A stretch of 64,000 nucleotides of DNA from Eutreptiella sp. 'Long Island Sound 2002' (Eukaryota; Protista; Euglenida). Where the stretch lies: assembly GCA_964036045.1 (NCBI GenBank), contig OZ038378.1, forward strand, positions 200,074,001 to 200,138,000, in the 5' to 3' direction. Numbering within the stretch: the first letter of the stretch is position 1; each line of letters opens with the position of its first letter. Positions 52,041-64,000 of this stretch are shown piece after piece. The notes under the pieces were generated by a model that searched no databases, was not told the origin of the DNA, and saw only the letters and a program-made list of their open reading frames with translations. A program made the translations under genes and the position numbers.

Positions 52041-52599
52041 TGCGAACCCCACTGGTGATCGTGCGAGGGGACCACCGCACTCCACGAAGCACACACTGAA
52101 CTTGCGCGAGCGTTAAATAGTGGACAGATCCCCCATACGATTTCTGCCTCTGGTAATTTTTCTCCTAGATAATCGAACCGGTACTTCTTTGAGAGACCCT
52201 CCCACCAGAGCCACAAAGAAAAAGTTTACTTGTCAAGTTGCGCGACCTAAATGTGGAATGTGTAACGGCAGCAGCGGTACGGTTTGCGGCGTCGAAAAGG
52301 CCGGCGGAAATCTGAAACACAATGCGACCAAGGACACTTAGCATTGAGCATTTTTTCCAAACTATTCTTTTATATCTGATTTCATGCTGTGTTTTTTGCC
52401 ATTGGATGTTTGATCCTCCTCCATACATCACATCACATGCATTCACGTTTCAGTAAATTTACTGTATTGGATTTAGATCGTTGCCCCGAAATTTGCCCCG
52501 CCCCAACAGTTCCCTTTTGGCGAGGACGAAAATTTCACAAGGATAGCTCTCTATTTTGACCCACCTGGAGCTAGTGGGTCTCTCAAAATGTACTTTTTG

Positions 52600-54130
52600 A
52601 AGGGGGGCCCGTTTGTTTTGATTTTCTCGTGTCTTCACCACACCTTCCATCGCACCACAACTCGGGGTTGGGAGACGAATACTTGGTGTGTCGCCAATGG
52701 GTCGTCAAAACGACGCGCTGTAGCAACTTGGGGCATTCCGAGCATTGTGTGACGAAATGTTTGACACTGATCCGAATGCGTGCGTTTCACAATTGCACAA
52801 TTGGCTTGGTGTTTGCCACCGTCACTAGGTTCGGTGCCAATCGCATAGTGGAGAAGTAACCATTGAATGTGAGGGCTGCCATGCATCACAAAAGGTAACC
52901 ACTAATGTGAGGGATGCCATGCATCACAAAAGGTAACCATTGAATGTATGAACATTGGATTGCTCGGAACATCGGATAAAAATCGAATCGAATGCCATCA
53001 TGTCCATCAAGCCCAACTAGCCATTGTACAGGTGATGATCCGATCTAATTTGACAAGAGAGCAACAACGCTGGAAGAGGTAAACTTGTCAATGGGTCAAG
53101 GATGGCAACGGGCAGTCTTTTTTTTTTGGCAACTTCACCCGCTCTTGAGTTGGCGATCGTTCGTTGGGTCAAGGGGCATTAAAGAGCCAAACGGATCAAA
53201 CGCGAAAAAGCAAAAACCAAAATTATGGAAAATCACAACAACTTAAGGAATTGGCCCATGATTGTGGCACCAACTTTCACGAGGTTTGTGAAAGTTGGTG
53301 CAAAGTCCTAGGCCATTCCTTGATTTTTTTCGTCACATAAAAACCTTGTAATAGGATTTTAGCTTGCCAAAAAAGTGTACTCCAAATTTTTGAAGCCTAG
53401 GCGAACGATGCATCAACCCGTCCATGTGTAGATAAGACGGATTGGCCACTTGTTTAGTGTTGACAATAAGTTCTTTAAAGTGGAATGGCGATGACTACAA
53501 CTGTAGATCCAAGATATTCACGGGGAACCATTTGGGCATGCATTAGGCCTCTTCGCGGAACATGTTCGCTTATCGTTAAGGGGGGACATTGTTATATTTG
53601 TGCAGCTAGTTCTCGGAGGTGCAATTTCCAATCTATGCTAATGAATTTTTGGGGGGTTTTGAGGTGGTCCAAGAGTTGGATGAGCCCTACGATTCGTCGA
53701 AAGAAATAATTTAAATCCGGAACTAGGAAAAAAGCGGAAATGCCCTTCCGAAAATGTGTGGCATGTTTTGTGAGGCATCCGTTTGTGAGGGAACTACGTG
53801 TGACAGCAGTAGTGCCTGTGATAGCGGTAGTGCATGCACCTCTCTTTTGCTTGCAAAGATTGTCCTTGCATGCAACTTCCATCACCCACTTTTGGTTGTC
53901 CAACGCCACAAAGCAAAGGAAGCCAAAAGGGAACCACCAAGAAACGGCAAACCGTGCAACGGTGGTGAGTAGTTTGTTGCATGGTGTTGTGCAACCCACA
54001 CCCCAACCGCGAGATAGAGTATGTTAGTTAAGGAATTCTTGTTGGACCATACCATGCACGTGTCTCCTTGGTATGACTCGTTTGGTGCATGGCATGGGGC
54101 GTGGAAGGTGTGCAATCGTGCCTCCATGGA
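52600..54130. mobile_element. AT-richer decayed coding-like island, possible transposon relic
   Basis: Stop-broken, protein-like reading (...LDHTMHVSPWYDSFGAWHGAWKVCNR...) with a composition unlike the host exons. Family not assigned. Confidence 0.25.
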
Positions 54131-54299
54131 GATGACGCGGGGTATATCGGGTCAAAAACCGCATTTGCATGTCATATTGCTCTGCAAATGCGCTTAAGAT
54201 AAACATTTCTATACATTATATTGTGTGTGCTTACATACATATCTTGGCAACGTTGCGTTTGATGCACACGCACGCGTCCGTGGACACAATACACCCCGC

Positions 54300-55345
54300 G
54301 GGAATTTCGCCAAGAGCATTTTTGAGCTTTGATGGTCGCATTTTTGCAAAAGTCGCATGTTAAATGGTAAGGTGGAAGTACCGCTCCCCCGAAATAATAG
54401 CTTGCCACCGACGGCTTGTGTGATAGCGAGGCGGTGCAAAAGAACGGCTACTCGTGGATGCATCAATAGTCGAAACAAAATAGACACCGAGAAAGATGTT
54501 TCTTGGCTTGTGCGCATATGCATGTTGCCGTACACAACCGGGTTGGCCAGTTCGTCACGTCATCTTGGGTTTGTTCTCTCCATATTGATATTGGCGCTTT
54601 TACAAAAGTTGCATGTGAAATGGTAAGGTGGGAGTACCGCTCCCGAAAAAGTGTGTGATGTTTCTTGGCTTATGGGTACATGCATGTTGCAGTACACAAT
54701 TGCGCTCCATTGTCCACGTTCCTTTTTTGTGCCCTTGCCCCAAAGTCCACCTGACAACGTGGATCTTGTGTAGCAGGTAGAACCCACGGCGAGTTCGTCA
54801 CGTCACCCTTGGTTTGTTCTCTCCACATAGATAATGGTAAGGTGGAAGTACCGCTCCCCTGAAATACTGCTAGCCACCGACGGCTTGTGTAATGTTTCTT
54901 GGCTTGTGCGCATATGCATGTTGCCGTCCACAATAGGGTTGGCGAGTTCGTCACGTCACGTTGTTCTCTAAATTTAGATATTGGCTTTTTTACAAAAGTA
55001 GCATGTGAAATGGAAAGGTGGGAGTACCGCTCCCCCGAAATAATTGCATGCGACCGACGGCTTGTGTGAATATTTCTTGCCCTGTGCCTACAAGTCGCCT
55101 TGCGGTTGTTTCTCTCGAAATATTTCTGAGTGTATGTTGTTTTTTCGCTAATGAACATATCCATCTAATCAGCTTTGCCTTCGCGTGTTGTCGTTGTCAC
55201 CTCATCCTCCGGACAAGTTACTGGCGTTTTTACAAAACTAGCAGGTTAAATGGTAAGGCGGAAGTATCGCTCCCCCGAAACAACAGCTTGCCACCAACGG
55301 CTTGTGTGATGTTTGTTGGCTTATGCGCACAAGCATGTTGCCGCA
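54300..55345. repeat. Degenerate tandem repeat, 5 units of about 175-255 bp, in the divergent intergenic region
   Basis: Anchor AAATGGTAAGGTGGAAGTACCGCTCCC at about 54362, 54617, 54833, 55008 and 55247. It is followed by a ~78-bp x2 duplication at about 55350-55500. Confidence 0.85.
55121..55147 (+). other. Euglenid spliced-leader-like relic
   Basis: TATTTCTGAGTGTATGTTGTTTTTTCG compared with the Euglena gracilis SL as recalled, ACTTTCTGAGTGTCTATTTTTTTTCG: 11-nt identical core and a matching T-rich/TTCG end. Not followed by GT. Confidence 0.45.
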
Positions 55346-55688
55346 CACCAGCGGGTTGGCGAAACTTTTTATTCAAGGGGCCAGCAAGCATTGATTCTGC
55401 ATGACCCCGATTGAAGGGATTTATACGAGCGGGTTGGCGAAACTTTTTATTCAAGGGGCTAACACGCATTGACTCAGCATGACCCCGAGTGAAGGGATTT
55501 GAGCATGAGTCACCATGAAAACAACTTTTAGCAAAGTCGTAATATTGGGCGTTAGTCTTGGGTCCCAACCTTCAACCAATCGGCCCACAAAACGAATGCT
55601 TCCCATTGGCGGTTCTTTGTCTCAGTCGTCGTATTGCCATTCGGGTGGTCCCGACGTGACCCTAAGGGCACCAATGAACATGAGATAA

Positions 55689-58600
55689 ATGCAAATTCAC
55701 GTCGAGTACAAGGACCGAAAGAAGCAGGTTTGCATCTTGCCGCTTTGCTCGCGGCCCCATTGCATCAACATTGCACCTTGTACCGTTGTGCCTACGTTGA
55801 TCGGCAACGACTCGGCTGTTTGCAAATCTTCGAATCACAAGAAATCAATCGCTCGGTGGAAGGTGGTGCTACGTTTGGTCTTGGCGAATTCGTGGAATGG
55901 TTGAGGACATCACAGTTTTGCGCGGTATATTGCAGCCGAGGATGTGTTCCGCAACCCGTGGGGAAAGCATTCTTCGTGGCACTACGCCCCCTCTCCCCTC
56001 GTTGTAGCCTTGTCATTTGCTCTTGGCCCAATGCGGCGCCCGGCACTATTCTCCTCCCCTGTGGCAGGTGTTGGTGCACCCTGATATCAGTGTACAAGCG
56101 ACAAAGTCCAGGGCTCGCGTGAGCTTTGGGTGTGAGAACTGGGCATGCGTCGAAATATGGGATGTCCTAGACGGGGAATGGGCGGAATTCGTTGACGAGC
56201 ACCAACTCTACGCGGGCGCGAAACTGCGGATCAAGTACCCCTCGCGCCGCACCACTGCACCCACGGTCGGGGCGTTGGGCAAACCAGCACCCTTGGTGAG
56301 CAATTTTCTCTCGCCTTGCGACAAGGTTTGTTGTCAAGGATGCATTGAAGCACGGCATCCTTGTTGCACAACTTGTCTGGGCAGTGCATTGAGTTTCTGT
56401 GCCACAGGTGCCCTACGGGTGGCGTTGGGGTGAGGGTGTGTGTCCGCACCAGTTCAAAAATGGTTTGTGCAACGCCGTGGACATTCACTTCATGCCACAC
56501 AGACTCACTCACTGCGCAGGAAAGGGCGCCCAAGCACCAGCAGCGACTGCGGAACCGGGCCCCAACGCTCACGGCGTCGACGCTTCGCTCGTTGGAGGAA
56601 TCAAACCAGCTTCCCGAGTTCAGGGGCGGTAAGTACCGCTCCCGGACCATGTCGCCCGTCCGATCCTCATGGCACAAGCCGAAGTCGAAGGGCTCCCTGG
56701 TGGCCCTCTGGCAGCAGATTCAGCGTGGGCAGACGGCTCGGGACAATGAGACGGTCAGCTCGTCCGACCTCCCCTCTGGCCAACAGGTGTGCCACTTGCC
56801 AACCGGTGCCCGCAGCCTGGCCCCACCTCGAGCCCGGCCGCCCCCTGGCCCTGCGCCAGCCCAGCCCGTAGATTCCATTTGGTCCATGGGCCCCAGGGGG
56901 GGGCTGGGACCGACCCTGGCACCCTGCCCCACTCCTGTGCATCCAGCGCCCAAGACTCGTCCCTGCCCACGTCCGAGGCACTTGCCCCTGCTCAGGACGT
57001 ACCACACGCGCGCGCAAACAGTGGTAGCACTGCCACTGCTGTCCCTTTGGAACCAACAACATGACCGTAGAAGAGTTTCCCCAGGCCCTGCACCGCCAAG
57101 CTGCTACCTCCGGGGCCACCCGGCCCGTTTCTGTCCTTGGGAGACGCCACATCCCCCTTCGCTTCAACCCGTGTCCGTCGATATCGATACGCGCCCATCG
57201 GCATCCATTGCATCCCCACGGGCCGTGAGCGAAGGAGTGCCAGTTCAGTGTTCCCCCTTTGATGCTTCTCATGTTGTTTCGCAGGAGTTCGCCCCATTGC
57301 CGCCTCCGAATGGTGCCAGTCCGGGTTGCAACAACACCAGCTCCAAGTCGTTCCTGCAGCAAGCGAGAAGTACTCGGTGTGCCTAAATCCACAGCGTGGG
57401 CAGTCCGCCGTAGAACACGCCGGAAGGGTACGGTTGCTTTCAGGATCCTGTGGGTCAAGGTCGTATAGGAGCGGCACCATATTACGGGAAATGGGCAGCG
57501 AGAAGCTCTAGGCGGCAAGGCAGCAAGGGGGCTGCTGTTGTGTCGCGTGACGCTTCGTAAGTATGGAAGGTACACCAAGGCAGAGACGCAGTGCCATGCG
57601 GGTAAAACGTTTGTTTTCAAATTGCTGCCGGCGCTTCCCCAGAATTTTTTTTGCGTGTCACTACTGCCACGTTGTGACATGTGCTGCAGCACAACCCATG
57701 CAGATGCTAATGTTCTCTTTGATCATTGAAATATGTTGGCCTCCCATGAAGACTGGCAACAGTCTTGGGTCGTTTTTTCCTTCTTTTAGATCATAATCTG
57801 TGCCCTCTTTTCCATACGGTAGTTATTCTCTTCAAGGGTTCTCTCTGTTCTCTCTTTGAGTGTTGCACTGCAACCGTAATGTAGTGAGTGGGAGCCCTTG
57901 TCACCTACATGCATTTCCAATAAACCTGTCATTATTCCCTCCAAGTTGTAAATTTTTATCGAAGCCCTACCACAAAGTCTAGCCCCACTACGATTTGATG
58001 TAGGCAGAATTTCTTTGGATGTCTAATTTTCTGTAGCAGCAAGCCTGTTGATTGTGGTTTTCGGCCTGAAATACTCAGGGAAAGAGGGCTCAAATGCTGT
58101 GCACTGCTTGATTATTGGGATCGTTGCGGGGGCATGCAGAAATGATTGCAGCTGCTGCAGGGTGTGCACAGGGCGCATGGCGTATGGGGCCACTGCAGGG
58201 ACGAGCGCTGTGCACCCTGCAACTGCCTCATCTCATACAGCTTCTACACACACACATACGTGCCCGCCAACCTGCTACCAGAGGGTAAAATTGGGCACGT
58301 GCAAATTTAGAGTGGCAAAATTTGGTGCACAGAAAATTTGGCACCAATTCTGAAATATGATTGAAAAATTTGGTTCAAAATTTACAGATTGTGGCACAAG
58401 AACAAGCATACACCGTGAATGGTGGTACTCTGCCCTATTGCTTCTCTCGCTGCACGTAGTGTAATGACTGGCAGGGTGTATGGAGTAAGATGCTTGAAAT
58501 AAATCCAGCCGCATGCAACCACACACCAACCCCTTTGCTTTGGGACCTTCGTTGCACAGTGACCCAATGCTACCATGGGAGAACACGCTGAGTCTCAGCG

Positions 58601-60622
58601 ACAGCCACAGCCACAACACTACACCATTTGCACGCAGGGATGTGCACACATTCCAGGCAACCCCCACATATCGCTCTGGGACGGTAAGGAAGGTGCCAAC
58701 ACGGAGCGTTTTCAGGGATCAGTGTCATTGTTACCTCATTTGTACCCACTACGTGTACCATAGGGGAGGGTATGCGGGTATATTCGGAAAAACCTCGAAA
58801 ATCGAGATCATTGCAGGTATTTACAACGGGGATGGCAGCACACGTGTGGCACACTGGTCTTTTGCAGTGTGGCTAACAGCAAAAATGAGAAAAAACCGGA
58901 TCAGCAAGGCGTATGCCAACCAGTGCAGCTGCTGTGTGGACATGCGAAAAAAGGTAAGCTGGCAGGTGAAAGTTATTGGAAGAAGACACCCAATCAAGAA
59001 ACCCCATGTTACTCAGATGGTTGTTGGTGCACATGAGAGAGCAGACGTGCAACGTGGTCCCCGTGTCCGCCTGCTGATATGCCTACTTCTTTCATTCCAG
59101 AGCTCAAGGCGAACGGCAACACCCCGACAACACGCTGCTGGATTCCATGTCCCCGGCGGAAAAAACAGGCATGCGGTGGGTGGGGAAGGGTGTGGCATTC
59201 CTCTGACCCCCCACGCGGTGGTCTGGCCCCGTCATGTAGCGAGTTTGAGGGATTTGGAGGATGGATGGCCGGGCTCACAGGGCTGTGTGACGTGGAAAGG
59301 GAAGTGGACAAGTGGTCAACGGGGCGACTGGTCAGCCATTCTATTCCTCCCGTTGTGTCCAGTCCCTATCCCCCTGTGAGGGGCAGGGGGACGGGATCCG
59401 ACGGGGGGGGGGGGGGGCAGTGTTGGTATGTTAGCTCCATGTAGACCCCGAGGCTCGGGGGTTGCTGAGGGTGATGGAGGTATCCTTTTGTTGGCCCCGA
59501 AGCAGGCTATTGCTTAAGGAGCAAAAACCCCCACTCCGGGGGGGGAGGGGGGGGGTCAGAGGCCAAAAAGCATGTGTGCCTAAAATTGGCCTCAAATTTC
59601 CGGCCCCCTTGATAAATTTCATTTTTTTGCGTGGGGAAAATTTGCGTGGGTGTGTCGGTCGGCCTGCGCTGGCCAGCAAACCCCCCCCCCCCCCGGGGAC
59701 CTTAACTTCGGGGGAAGGCCGTTTGGTTGGCTCTCGAGTGCAGGAGCCCTGCTCCTCCGCAGAGCGAGCCCTGGCCCCGCAAGGCAAGGGGTGAGTGTTT
59801 CGGAGGTTGTTTAAACAACAAATGCCTGTCCTCTTCCCGCCTTTTGGTCCCTTCAGTCCATTTGGTGTTAGCCCTGAGGACGAATGGTTCGTATATGGCC
59901 CGGGGGGCCGGGCATGTTGACTAGAGCTGGTCGCCTCTGGCCCACACACACACACAGCCTATCCCGAGAGTTGGCACGTGACAATGGTGCCACATGATGC
60001 ACACCAACCCCCGCTCTCCTGCTGTTGTGTTGCGTGGAATCGGTGCCGTCCCCTGTGGATGGCGTGTGACTTGGTACGGGACGTGCCTTGCCTCATGTGG
60101 GCGCGTTGCATTCCCGTTGCATTTGGGGTTGGCATTGGAACACGCGCGCCCGTGCGGGCGTGCATGTGTGTGTGGGGTGGGGGGTGGCGTGCGCTTCCAT
60201 GTGGCCCCCCTCCTGCAGAGATCCTTTTGGCTCGAATAAAGGCGCTGCTCGCGATCAAAGCCTCCAATGAACAGCTCCTTGCGCAGAAATGTGCCGCCGC
60301 CAACAAACCGGAGGAGTGCAACAACGCCGCCAACGGAAGCATCACCCCGGCCAACGGCAGTGCGGCCGCCGCCAACGACGACAACGACGGTGGTGACGGC
60401 AGCAACGAGGCGTCCGAGGACGAGGGCCAAGGCGCAACCGCCGCGTACGACCCCGTGGCCGCGCTGGAGGGCGTCAGCGCCCGGGTCCCGGATGTGGACG
60501 ATGTGTTCGGGGCGCGAGGATACGAGATGGTGAAGAGTTCGCCGCGGAGCACCAGGAACGGCGCGGGATGCGATGAGGATGTGCACATGGATCCTGTTTC
60601 GTTGGAGAGGTTGTGTGTTTAG
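55689..60622 (+). CDS. Gene 4: protein with an N-terminal ubiquitin-like (beta-grasp) domain. Minimal exons: 55689-55727, 56068-56265, 56520-56753, 57285-57376, 59101-59168, 60219-60622 (TAG); 58560-58683 and 58868-58953 are possible extra exons
   Basis: Junctions are phase-consistent, and the last intron has a GC donor. The N-terminus MQIHVEYKDRKKQ|VLVHPDISVQATKSRARVSFG...VEIWDVLDGEWAEFVDEHQLYAGAKLRIK has a Ubl/PB1-like pattern. The fold assignment is inference. Confidence 0.7.
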
Positions 60623-60914
60623 TGATTGGGCATTAGCGGAGTGCTGTGAACTTGCAAGTGCTGACAAACGATTGTGGGAAATCACTGCGGAAGAGAGGCC
60701 GTTCGATCCAGGGGAGGAGAGGGCAGGGCATGGGGCCGTGTGGCACCAATTCCGCCCCCTGAGAAGCCCCAAAGAGGGCTGTTCCGGGATGGTTTGCACC
60801 ATATTAGGCACAATTTGGGTGGTCGAGTGCACGCACCAAGCGTCGATCCACGGAACCTCATTACCTTAGCACACGCCCCCAAACCCTGTTGCATGCCACG
60901 TCAATGATGGGACA

Positions 60915-61059
60915 CACAGACACACACATGCACATGCACATACAGTGCGCATATATATACACACACACTTACGTTTTCACACACATCCACATCAACATCC
61001 ACATACACATCCACATCCACATCCACATACATATACACATACACATACACTTACACATC

Positions 61060-61096
<37 letters not shown>

Positions 61097-61136
61097 ACAC
61101 ACACACACATACACATCCACATACACATCCACATGC
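60915..61136. repeat. (CA)n/(CACATC)n microsatellite; another at 61490-61535
   Basis: Directly visible. Confidence 0.95.
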
Positions 61137-61640
61137 ACGGTCCAGGGCGACAGAGGGCAAGCAGGGAACAATGAACAGGTATTGACTGAAGAGTGATAGA
61201 AACATGGTTGTTGGGCCAGTTGGGCCTTTGATCAGTATGATCTGTTTCACATGTTCATTGGTTGGATGTTACACGGAGTGCACAGTGTGCACAGTGCGGT
61301 GAGAAGCGGTCCGGGCCAAGGGCGAGGGGCGAGGGGCAAAGTGAACATTGCGCAGAGAGCGCAGAGAACACAGTACAGCTCAGGGTCCAGGGTCCAGGGT
61401 CCAGGGTCAAGGGAGAAGAACAGAGCATTAGGAGTGACGACCCCAGTCGAACACGAGCGCAAAGAAAATGGATGGTACACATCCACATGCACTTACACAC
61501 ACTTACACACACACACACACACATACACACACGCGCATGTGCACAGCAGCCAGCCCCGCCCACGTGCCGGGTTACTGGTGTATATCCAGCTCACAGCCAC
61601 ATATTATATAATGGGTGTCCCTCGTTAATAGTACAATTGG

Positions 61641-64000
61641 TTGGCCCAGCTCCTCACGCTAATTGAGGAGATGGGTCAGTGGCCCACGGTGCTGGCTCAG
61701 GGATACACCTCCCTCATCCCCAAGCCGGGGGAGGAGGGGCCATTGGGCACACGCCCGCTAACGGTCTTGTCCATGGTCTACAGACTGTGGGCAGGGACCC
61801 ATTTGTGGGAAGTGATGCGCCGGCATGAGGCCTGGGTCCATCCGCGGGCCTACGGCTTCCGCCTGGCGCGGGGGGCTGTGGACGCGGCCACGGTCACCCA
61901 AGTCCTCCTGGAGCTGGCCTAGCTCAAGGTATGGCGACTGGAGGGGCTGAGCCTGGACTACGTCAAGTGCTTTGACCTCATTCCGCAAGCGGTGGTGCTG
62001 CAGATCGCCCGCGAGCTAGGGACGACGGGGTGCTACGCCCCCTGGCGGCCATGTATCGGCAGCTGCGGCGGGCGTTCCGCCTGGCGGGGGCGCTAGGGGC
62101 GTGGTGGCAGGCCACCAACGGCATCCTACAGGGGTGCCCCCTCAGGGTCATTTTGATCAATTTCCTCACCACAGTGTGGAAGATGGAGATTGACACCATG
62201 AGGCGCCACGTCTTCGTGACGACCGCCGCGCTCCCGCCGCTGCTCGAACAGCCCTGGGCAGCACCAGGGCAGCCGCTGCCCTCGCCGCGCCTGCGGGCGT
62301 AAGGCCCAGGGCGCGAGGACGTTTGCCCCCTGGGGTATGCGGACGACACCAGGCCATCACGCTCGAGCCCCGGCTCGGAGCGCAACGGATCCCCGACTCG
62401 CAAGCAGTCGTGGACCGCACGGCCGTCTAGCTAGCGGACACCGGACATAACGCCAACGCCGGGAAGTCCAGCTCATGGCGGATGAGCGACCAACCAGGCG
62501 CAGCCGGTCACCCTGCACGGAGTGCCAATCCCGTTGGCACTCAGCGTGGGGGTACGCCTCGACCCAGAAAGAGGCACCGGACCGGTGGTGCACGAGCGAT
62601 TCGCGTGCGGGGCCGCCATCCTGCGGCGAGTGGGATGCTTGCCGCGAGTGGGATGCCTGCCGACCTTCCGCATGCCGGAGGTGGCCATTGGCACGCTAGC
62701 CCTCGCCAAGGCGTCGTACGGAGTGGACCTCGCGGACGTCAGCTCCCAGGACGTGGCGCGGCTAGAGCTGGCGGCGGTCCGCGCCCTGTGGGGACCCACG
62801 CGCACCTCACGGGCGAAGGAGGTGCTTTGGGCGGTCTTGGTGCCAGGGCACCGGGTCTCACCAGTATGGCGCCTCCAGTATTCGAGAGTACTGTGGCTGG
62901 CCCGCCAGGCACGCACGCTAGGAGCCGGACCGTTGCTGGTCCAGGCAATACTGGAGGGAACCGACTACCCACCGGACACAGGACCAGTGGGCAGGGCCCT
63001 GCAGTCGGTCCGGCAGCTGCGCTGGGAGGCCGTGCACGGCTGGTGGGTGTGGCGCGAGCTGGGGCAGTGCGAACAGCTACATCTGGTCCTGGGGGACTGG
63101 GGCGAGGTATGCCACCGGGTGCGGGAGTCGCGGCGGTACACCGCCGTCGCGGCGGCACTGGAACGGCGCCGACCAGCCACCTTTGGGGGGCTAGGGGCGG
63201 AGGTTTGCAGGCTCGCCTGCACCCAGGGCATGACGGTGGCCAGCTCGGAGACGGAGCGCTCGCTGCTATGAGCACTACAAGCCGGGGCGACGTGGACCGG
63301 GGCACAGGTCCGGAAGCATCAAATTTTGGATTTAACAGCCTACCCCTACTGCGGGGGCCCCCCGGAGACGGAGGTCCATCTCCTATGGGACTGCCCGCTA
63401 TGTTTGCCCGCGGTGGCAAACACAGCGGGCCGCCTGGCTCCCGCTAGTGCGGGCCGAGGCAGCGCAGTTGCCGGCACTGGCCCTCCCGTTAGCGTGGCCG
63501 GTTTGCCTGCGCGCGACGGGCCTGTTGCCGGTAGCATTAGTCAAACCAGAGGAGGTGGATCAGGCGGGGCGGCTCATGCACCGCCTGTATGGCATATATC
63601 TGGCGGTGCTTTCGGCACGCATGGGAGCAGAAGTTGCGGCACGTCGAGACGCGGGCGCGGGCCCCTCGGTCTTTGCGATCGCACTCAGACGCCCTCCCGA
63701 TGCGCGCCGGGGCTACCCTTGGGGACAATTGGGTGCGGGCCCACATCCCCCTGCACCACCAACAACGCTGCTGGCTTTGCGCGCCGGCCCGCCGCCGGGA
63801 CGGCCATGGGAGGCGTTCTTCGCGATGGCGCTCCTGCAGTGGGCCCAGCGACTACCGGCTGCGGGGGGTCACGTTGCCGCTACGCACCAGGGGCCAAGTG
63901 CTGAAAATGGCCCTAGATGCGTTGCAGCTGCATTTGCAAGCAGGGGACCTTCTGCAGGGCAAGGAGGTGTGGATGGCCAAATCCCTCTTGCCGCTGGGGG
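61641..64000 (+). mobile_element. Decayed, 5'-truncated non-LTR retrotransposon (LINE) ORF2: reverse transcriptase plus C-terminal zinc knuckle; continues beyond the window
   Basis: RT motifs LIPKPG...RPLTVLSMVYRLW, LDYVKCFDLI, GILQGCPL (62129-62140) and GYADDT (YADD at 62336-62347). C-terminal YPYCGGPPETEVHLLWDCP. In-frame TAG at 61920, TAA at 62300 and several frameshifts. Confidence 0.93.

Noticed and set aside
52001-52216. Track's N-terminal extension of the DSP ORF (TTG start)
   Set aside because: Non-ATG start. A pyrimidine-AG acceptor immediately precedes the ATG at 52000.

Overview
Eukaryotic, repeat-rich, intron-rich nuclear DNA, most consistent with a euglenid (Euglenozoa). This assignment is an inference from a spliced-leader-like 27-mer at 55121-55147, short polypyrimidine-AG sites just upstream of start codons, and weakly conserved GT donors. 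Most ORFs in the supplied track are artefacts of microsatellites or GC-rich repeats. Matching splice phases by hand gives four multi-exon + strand genes: gene 1, unrecognised, about 14 exons, 798-17752, 5' end not resolved; gene 2, with an acidic DLGDAADD repeat, 25370 to about 32670; gene 3, a short ERICH3-N-terminal-like protein, about 39783-43834; and gene 4, with an N-terminal ubiquitin-like domain, 55689-60622. One intronless - strand gene (50546-52000) encodes a dual-specificity-phosphatase-fold protein whose catalytic Cys is replaced by Asp, so it is a predicted pseudophosphatase. A decayed, 5'-truncated non-LTR retrotransposon occupies 61641-64000. Introns and intergenic DNA hold MITE-like elements (two with 8-bp hAT-type TSDs), a 2.2-kb element with ~400-bp inverted arms, mini- and macrosatellites, a recurrent 11-bp-phased motif doublet and a compositionally foreign TCGA-rich gene fragment between 10-bp direct repeats. 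No tRNA, rRNA or CRISPR array was recognised. No databases were searched, and all gene models need RNA-seq confirmation.
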